DNA of 21,992 nucleotides from Acholeplasmatales bacterium (GTDB lineage Bacteria; Bacillota_I; Bacilli_A; Acholeplasmatales; Acholeplasmataceae): NCBI GenBank assembly GCA_031284745.1, contig JAITXJ010000033.1, positions 1 to 21,992 of the forward strand, read 5' to 3'. Shown piece by piece: positions 16,870 to 21,992 of this stretch (position 1 is its first letter; each line of letters starts with the position of its first letter). The notes under the pieces were generated by a model. It saw only the letters and a program-made list of their open reading frames with translations, ran no database searches and was not told where the DNA came from. The position numbers and the translations under genes were made by a program.

Positions 16870-18447
16870 CTAAAATAACTTCATGACATCGAAGACCACG
16901 ACGACCGCCATAAAAGCTAGTAACAAAATATAAAAGACCGTATTGACAATATTTTCGGCTTTGGGGTTAATTTTCCGGCGAAAGATTAATTCATATAAGA
17001 AAAACAGTAGTCTTCCTCCATCGAGGGCTGGTATTGGTAAAAGGTTCATAATACCAACGTTAACACTTAGAAGGCCAATTAAAAAAAGAATATTAATTAT
17101 CCCTCCGGTCATTGCACTTCCGACGACTTTGAAAATACCAACGGGCCCAGATAATTGGGTAATTTTGACATCACCAGTAAATAGTTGTCCCAGCGTGGTA
17201 AAGATAATCACCGCGTTTTTTCCAAATTCTTGGGCGGAACTAGTAATCATATAACCAAAATTAAAATGTCTTTGGGGACTAATTCCCACACTCGCATTAA
17301 AAGTATCTAGACCTTGCCCGACTAATAATTTTTTCGAGTATAATTCACTAGCTACTTCGATGGGGTTATTATCGCGAATTATTTGGAAATAAGCCATCCC
17401 TCCTTGGGTGTTGTTGATAAAGAAATTAATTAAATCGTCCCAATTGCTGATGGAAGTGATAATGTTGCCTATTTTAATACCGGTAATAATATCACCTGCT
17501 TTAATATCTTTGGCTAGTTCGCTGCTTTGACCTACCACCGCCCCTAGTGAAGAGGTATTAAGAGTTCCTTCGGTGGTGAAATTATAAATACCCGCCGCAT
17601 AGATACTAATCATCGTTGGGACATGATAAAAAGTTAATTCCAGTTGCTCTCTTAAGACCACTAAATCAACTTGCAGATAAGTTGAGGGATTATTTTTCCA
17701 ATTAGAAATATCGTTCCAAGTATTAATTGCTTCATCATTAATTTTGATAATTCGATCACCTTTTTGGAGGGGATTACCCACGAGAGTACTTAATTCTCCA
17801 ATGATGGGTTCCTTACTGGGTTGATAGCGATTGACATCGACAATGGCTAAAAGTAAAAAAATAAAAGCGGCGAGAATAAAATTCATTAGAGGACCAGCTA
17901 AGACTACTAAAAAACGTTGCCAGAGGGGTTTAGCCTCAAAGGAACGGTCGCGCGGAACAATTTGAATAGATTTAGCCTTGCGATTAGCCTTGGTTTTTTG
18001 GGAATAAAGAGCATTTCTTAAAACTTCATAATGGACAATTTCTTCGTTTTGTTCTAAGTTAATATATAAGATACTATCTTTGTTCTGTCCATAAACATCA
18101 TAATCAACAATTTTACCTTGGACATCATAAGTCATTAAATCAGGATTTAGGATGAATTCCTTCACTTTTCCATTTTCATCTAAATTAAGACCAATTAAGT
18201 CATCTTTACTGATCATGGCTTTATTAACATCTTCTCCACCCATGGAACAAAAACCACCAAGCGGTACCGCCCGAATAGAGAATAAGGTTTCACCTTTCTT
18301 CTTGCCAACTAAAAGAGGACCCATTCCGAAAGCAAATTCGTAGACGAGAACTCCGCATTTTTTAGCAACGATAAAATGTCCAAACTCATGAATGAGAATA
18401 ATCACCCCTAAAACAAGTATAAACACTAGAATATTTAAAATAATCAT
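16870..18447 (-). CDS. rseP: RIP metalloprotease RseP/RasP (site-2 protease, M50 family).
   Basis: HEFGHFIVAKKCG HExxH motif in the first TM helix. PDZ-containing middle region. C-terminal LDGG motif (LPIPALDGGRLL). SD GGAGG. Confidence 0.9.
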   Translation of the reverse strand: MIILNILVFILVLGVIILIHEFGHFIVAKKCGVLVYEFAFGMGPLLVGKKKGETLFSIRAVPLGGFCSMGGEDVNKAMISKDDLIGLNLDENGKVKEFILNPDLMTYDVQGKIVDYDVYGQNKDSILYINLEQNEEIVHYEVLRNALYSQKTKANRKAKSIQIVPRDRSFEAKPLWQRFLVVLAGPLMNFILAAFIFLLLAIVDVNRYQPSKEPIIGELSTLVGNPLQKGDRIIKINDEAINTWNDISNWKNNPSTYLQVDLVVLREQLELTFYHVPTMISIYAAGIYNFTTEGTLNTSSLGAVVGQSSELAKDIKAGDIITGIKIGNIITSISNWDDLINFFINNTQGGMAYFQIIRDNNPIEVASELYSKKLLVGQGLDTFNASVGISPQRHFNFGYMITSSAQEFGKNAVIIFTTLGQLFTGDVKITQLSGPVGIFKVVGSAMTGGIINILFLIGLLSVNVGIMNLLPIPALDGGRLLFFLYELIFRRKINPKAENIVNTVFYILLLAFMAVVVVFDVMKLF

Positions 18448-18461
18448 TTAAGTAGCCTCCA

Positions 18462-19511
18462 TTATTTGGCCTTTTTCATAACCCAACCAAGATACTGGTC
18501 ATAAGATATTCTACCACTTATCAATAATTTTACGCCCTTTTGGCTTAACTTAATCAATTTAAGCATTTTTTGGGGCTTCTTTCGGTAAGTCTGTAAGCAA
18601 AAATCATAGAGGGGAAAGTTGGTGGTATCTAAGTTATCTAAACGATAACCCTGAGGATGGGTTTTTATATTTGCTGTCTTGTCGACCTTCGGATAACACA
18701 AAGCATAATAGATGTGATTTTTCATATCAGGCTCATCGATGTAATAATGATAACCTAAATTAGTTTTTAGATAAGCATGAATGTGGGAAGTTCTTTCGAC
18801 TTTCACCTCAATTTGGGAAATATCTAGCTCAAAGTAATGGGCGGCTTCAATGACTTCAAAGGCTTTATTGAGTAAACTAGCCGAATCAATAGTGATTTTC
18901 GCTCCCATCTTCCAAGTTGGGTGATTAAGAAGACCAGCCACGGAGATTTGCTGAATTTCTTGGGCTGTTTTGTCACGCAAAGCTCCGCCACTCGCGGTAA
19001 TTCCCCAGGTTTGTATTAATTCACCCGGCAAAATATTTTCTTTTAGTTGAAATAAACTCGATATTTCGGAATCAACCGGAATTATTTTGGTCTGATAAAT
19101 TTTTAATAATTTATTAATTAAGGCCCCTTTAGCCACGTACCCTTCTTTATTAACTAAGGCTTGATGGAAACCATTTTTAATCGCTAAGATGGTTGGCTCA
19201 ATCCCCGCAACTCCGCTTAAAGCATTAAAAATGAGAATATCTTGGGAAATTAAGGGGAGAATTTTTTTTAATTGTTTAATTCCCAGAAAGAATTTAATTG
19301 TTGGCCAACGCCGGCGGTAAATTTTGAGTTGTTGAAATTTGCGTAAGATGACGATTTTTGGACTAAATTGCTTAATGATTAAAAAATTGTCTTGGTCATT
19401 AATAGAAACGCTACAGCCATAGAGTTCTAATTGTTCGGGGTTACTATGAATTACCTCTAACACTTGAGACCCAACGTTGCCGTTGGAACCCAAAAGAAAA
19501 ACCCTTCTCAT
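18462..19511 (-). CDS. dxr: 1-deoxy-D-xylulose 5-phosphate reductoisomerase.
   Basis: GSNGNVGSQ NADPH-binding motif. ALVNKE, PVDSEISSLFQ, ITASGGAL and NKAFEVIEA match conserved Dxr motifs. 4-nt overlap with cdsA. Confidence 0.88.
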   Translation of the reverse strand: MRRVFLLGSNGNVGSQVLEVIHSNPEQLELYGCSVSINDQDNFLIIKQFSPKIVILRKFQQLKIYRRRWPTIKFFLGIKQLKKILPLISQDILIFNALSGVAGIEPTILAIKNGFHQALVNKEGYVAKGALINKLLKIYQTKIIPVDSEISSLFQLKENILPGELIQTWGITASGGALRDKTAQEIQQISVAGLLNHPTWKMGAKITIDSASLLNKAFEVIEAAHYFELDISQIEVKVERTSHIHAYLKTNLGYHYYIDEPDMKNHIYYALCYPKVDKTANIKTHPQGYRLDNLDTTNFPLYDFCLQTYRKKPQKMLKLIKLSQKGVKLLISGRISYDQYLGWVMKKAK

Positions 19512-20395
19512 AACATTAAACCAATTTGAACAATGATTACTAAAAAGATTCCGATAAAAATAAGCGAATCAAAGCGGTCCAGAATCCCTCCATGACCAGG
19601 CAATATTTGGGAAAAATCCTTTACTTCATAGGTTCTTTTAATCTTGGAAGCTACGAGGTCGCCAATTTGACCGACAATACTAGCTAGAAGGGAAGTAATG
19701 ATGATTAAAATAACTTCCAAGGTTACATTATTAAAGTAGGGACTAAAAATATTATCATAATGTTGGGGATTAATGATTCTTGTGAGATAGTTATCTCCTT
19801 TGGTCATGGCTCCCAAGTAGATAGCAAATAAGGCCCCCAGAAGGGTTCCCATAAAAGTTCCGACGACGGCCCCTTCAATGGTTTTTTTAGGAGAGATGGC
19901 AGGAATTAATTTATGGCGACCCAGTAGCATTCCTCCGAGTTGAGCACAACTATCACTGACCATTCCCACCAGGAAAAGATAAATAACCAAATATAGTCCC
20001 TGATTTCTTAATAATATTAGGGAAGTAAAACCTAGACCTACATATAAACTATTAGTTAAGACGATGGCAGCTAGTTGATGATTGCTCTTTTTATCAAAGA
20101 CCATGGTTAATCCATAGATAATTAAGGGACTAAATAATAAATAAAAATGAATATTGGAGGAAAATAAATTGATAATTCCGATACCAAGAATGGCTAAAAC
20201 ATTTAAGTAAGAAGTGATAATACTAAAAACATCAAGTTTTTCTTGATGAGAAACGCGATATATTTCCCAAGTGGCTATCAAAGCTAAAAAACCAAAGAAA
20301 CCGGCGAAGATATATGTTCCCCAAGGTTCCGGGATCACAAATAATCCTAGGAGGACAACAACAATTAAAATAGCGGTGATAATTTTCGTTTTCAT
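19508..20395 (-). CDS. cdsA: Phosphatidate cytidylyltransferase (CDP-diglyceride synthase).
   Basis: Polytopic membrane protein with the C-terminal signature SKIKRTYEVKDFSQILPGHGGILDRFDS. ATGA overlaps with uppS and dxr. Confidence 0.9.
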   Translation of the reverse strand: MKTKIITAILIVVVLLGLFVIPEPWGTYIFAGFFGFLALIATWEIYRVSHQEKLDVFSIITSYLNVLAILGIGIINLFSSNIHFYLLFSPLIIYGLTMVFDKKSNHQLAAIVLTNSLYVGLGFTSLILLRNQGLYLVIYLFLVGMVSDSCAQLGGMLLGRHKLIPAISPKKTIEGAVVGTFMGTLLGALFAIYLGAMTKGDNYLTRIINPQHYDNIFSPYFNNVTLEVILIIITSLLASIVGQIGDLVASKIKRTYEVKDFSQILPGHGGILDRFDSLIFIGIFLVIIVQIGLML

Positions 20396-20985
20396 GAGAT
20401 TTTACCAAAGGTCCTTTTTTGTCGATCATAAAAATTTAGTGCCCGTAAGAAATGGCGAGGTTTAAAAGATGGCCAAAGAATATGGCTAAAATATATTTCT
20501 GCATAAGCACTTTGGTATAATAAAAAATCAGATAAGCGCTTGCGTCGACCAGTGCGAATTACTAAATCGACGGGTTCATCTAAAAGAATTCCTTCGTGGA
20601 TTTCCCGCCTGGATGAATAGTTAATAGCCAGGTTAATAATTAGCCCAGTATTATTTTTGGTAACTTCTATTAAATGCTTTAAAAGAACTAAAAACTTGGG
20701 AGGTATTTGATCTTCATAACCTAGATGTTTAATCACGATATTGGACTTAACAATATTTTCAATTCTTGAAGCATTGAGGTATTCCAAGGGTTGGTTAAAA
20801 ATAAAATCAACTTCTTCTTGCGGTCTTTGAAAGTTGTCGCAAGAAAAAACAAACAAGGAGAGCATTCGTACTCTTTGAGAGTTGATAGCGGCTAAAACAA
20901 TATTTTGGATATTTAGACCCCCATAGTAATGTCCCACACTTCGTGAGAGTAATTTAGCTTGGGCCCAACGACCATTACCATCCAT
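20392..20985 (-). CDS. uppS: Isoprenyl transferase / undecaprenyl-diphosphate synthase. The annotated ATG yields a protein that lacks the conserved N-terminal strand; the true start is probably upstream near 21045.
   Basis: MDGNGRWA catalytic motif sits right at the ATG. The in-frame upstream reads KIREKLHISII, which is the canonical beta-1 strand. Other conserved motifs present: RTGRRKRLSDFLLYQSAYAEIYF. Confidence 0.85.
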   Translation of the reverse strand: MDGNGRWAQAKLLSRSVGHYYGGLNIQNIVLAAINSQRVRMLSLFVFSCDNFQRPQEEVDFIFNQPLEYLNASRIENIVKSNIVIKHLGYEDQIPPKFLVLLKHLIEVTKNNTGLIINLAINYSSRREIHEGILLDEPVDLVIRTGRRKRLSDFLLYQSAYAEIYFSHILWPSFKPRHFLRALNFYDRQKRTFGKIS

Positions 20986-21061
20986 AATGATGGAAATATG
21001 AAGTTTTTCGCGGATTTTTTGGTTGTTTATGAATGTTTTATCTATTTTTTAACTTCCTCAC

Positions 21062-21080
21062 AATATTATTGTATAATATT
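21062..21080. promoter_or_regulatory. Palindromic divergent promoter core AATATTAT-TGT-ATAATATT. It carries TATAAT for the + strand small gene and TACAAT for uppS on the - strand.
   Basis: The arms are exact reverse complements. A -10 hexamer lies on each strand with appropriate spacing to SD AAAGGAG (+) and SD GAGGAAG (-). Confidence 0.45.
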
Positions 21081-21100
21081 TACGTAAAAGGAGTTTATTT

Positions 21101-21322
21101 ATGGCAAAAAAAAGTGGAAAAGTTTATTTTGGATTACCTTGGATCGTATCTTTAATCCTCGTTATCATCCCGGTTACAGCTTGGTGGTGTGGTGTTATAA
21201 CCGCATTTGTAAGAGGACACATTATCAGAGGTATTCTTAGAATATTCTTTGGTTATATATTCTGGATTTTGGATATATTTTTCTTTATTATCACCGGCGA
21301 TTTATTTCTAGAAAAACTTTAA
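21101..21322 (+). CDS. Small membrane protein with a TM2-domain-like motif (GxH...G...G..IW.LDxI).
   Basis: SD AAAGGAG 9 nt upstream. VRGHIIRGILRIFFGYIFWILDIFFFII matches the TM2 domain pattern. Followed by an intrinsic terminator. Confidence 0.6.
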   Translation: MAKKSGKVYFGLPWIVSLILVIIPVTAWWCGVITAFVRGHIIRGILRIFFGYIFWILDIFFFIITGDLFLEKL

Positions 21323-21330
21323 TAAGAGAA

Positions 21331-21357
21331 AATATGGGGAAACCCATATTTTTTTTT
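21331..21357 (+). terminator. Rho-independent terminator (AATATGGG-GAAA-CCCATATT + T7).
   Basis: Perfect 8-bp stem, GAAA tetraloop, run of 7 T. Confidence 0.7.
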
Positions 21358-21443
21358 AATCAGGAAGATAAAAAGCGATCTTCCAGCGATAATTTTTGGT
21401 ATTTGATATTTTTTTGTTATAATAATAATGTCAAGGAGATAGT

Positions 21444-21614
21444 ATGGCTAAGAAATTAGAAGAAGTATTAGGATTATTAGGTGGAGTTGATTGCGGTGCT
21501 TGTGGCTACGCAAGTTGTGCTGAATGTGCAGAAGCTATTATTGCGGGCGAAGCAACAGGTGAAGCATGTGTAATGATCGACGAAGACACCCAAGAAAAAA
21601 TTAACAAACTATAA
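21444..21614 (+). CDS. 56-aa Fe-S cluster-binding mini-protein (RnfB N-terminal / PF04060-like Cys motif). Not present in the supplied ORF track.
   Basis: SD AAGGAGA 4-5 nt before ATG 21444. Translation is MAKKLEEVLGLLGGVDCGACGYASCAECAEAIIAGEATGEACVMIDEDTQEKINKL. The CGxCGxxxCxxCAxAI...C spacing matches the putative Fe-S domain at RnfB N-termini. Followed by a terminator. Confidence 0.6.
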   Translation: MAKKLEEVLGLLGGVDCGACGYASCAECAEAIIAGEATGEACVMIDEDTQEKINKL

Positions 21615-21616
21615 AA

Positions 21617-21639
21617 AAGAGACCTCGGGTCTTTTTTTA
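21617..21639 (+). terminator. Rho-independent terminator (AGAGACC-TCG-GGTCTTT + T-run).
   Basis: GC-containing stem directly after the stop codon, followed by TTTTTTT. Confidence 0.65.
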
Positions 21640-21942
21640 TTGTCTAGGAATTTGCTATTGATTGATTTTGTTATAAATAGTGATAGATATCTAGTGATTA
21701 ATCTTTTATTTTTTTCTATTATAAAAACTAAGTGGAACGAATTTTGACTTATCACATGTGAGAAAAACTTTCCATCTTGATTATATTTAAGTATAAATAA
21801 ACTTAAGATTACTATAAAACAAAGCTAATAAAAGTTGTTTTAACAATAGAATTTACTTGTTGTTTGTAATAATAATAAAAATTAATAATATTTTTTAATA
21901 AAATAGTATAATATTTATGCCATTAGAAAAGGAGTTTATCTG

Positions 21943-21992
21943 ATGAATGTTATAAATTCTAGTCCAAGTAAAGTAACTCAACTTGAGTTCAA
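21943..21992 (+). CDS. 5' end of an unidentified gene (MNVINSSPSKVTQLEF...), running off the window.
   Basis: SD AAAGGAG 8 nt upstream of the ATG. TATAAT at ~21906-21911. Confidence 0.4.
   Translation, partial: MNVINSSPSKVTQLEF

Noticed and set aside
16943-18343. Plus-strand ORFs 16943-17254 and 18152-18343.
   Set aside because: Antisense inside rseP.
20232-20465. Small ORFs on both strands at the cdsA/uppS junction.
   Set aside because: They overlap conserved cdsA and uppS coding sequence, have no RBS, and are frame artefacts.
1-21992. tRNA/rRNA genes and CRISPR arrays.
   Set aside because: No GC-rich cloverleaf-like segments and no regularly spaced short repeats were seen in any intergenic region.

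Overview
This is an AT-rich, standard-code (TGA is a stop, Trp is TGG) Firmicutes/Tenericutes-like chromosomal window, mostly housekeeping genes on both strands.

Gene content in order:
- A partial lipoprotein, a secreted Ser/Thr-rich beta protein and a second lipoprotein (minus strand). Both lipoproteins share an almost identical ~245-bp 5' end.
- nrdD-nrdG, the anaerobic class III ribonucleotide reductase and its activase (minus).
- A small membrane protein, then asnB - small TM protein - pepF - MGMT/ATL-like protein, with overlapping stop/start codons (plus).
- Three tandem paralogous zinc-ribbon + DUF4190-like membrane proteins, each with its own extended -10 promoter (plus).
- A 30-bp perfect-palindrome bidirectional terminator.
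- A flotillin (SPFH) - NfeD operon (minus).
- A 498-aa IS1634/IS4-like transposase homolog with no recognisable terminal inverted repeats, convergently overlapping an Fe-alcohol dehydrogenase.
- The conserved uppS-cdsA-dxr-rseP operon (minus).
- A TM2-domain small membrane protein.
- A 56-aa Fe-S (RnfB-N-terminal-like) mini-protein that is not in the ORF track.
- A partial 3' gene start.

No rRNA, tRNA or CRISPR array was seen.

Most unusual observations:
- The duplicated-lipoprotein / candidate beta-pore-forming-toxin cassette at the 5' end.
- The orphan transposase-like gene.
- uppS, whose conserved N-terminus has no canonical start codon.
- Leaderless GTG starts on asnB and the transposase-like gene.
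- The unannotated Fe-S mini-protein.
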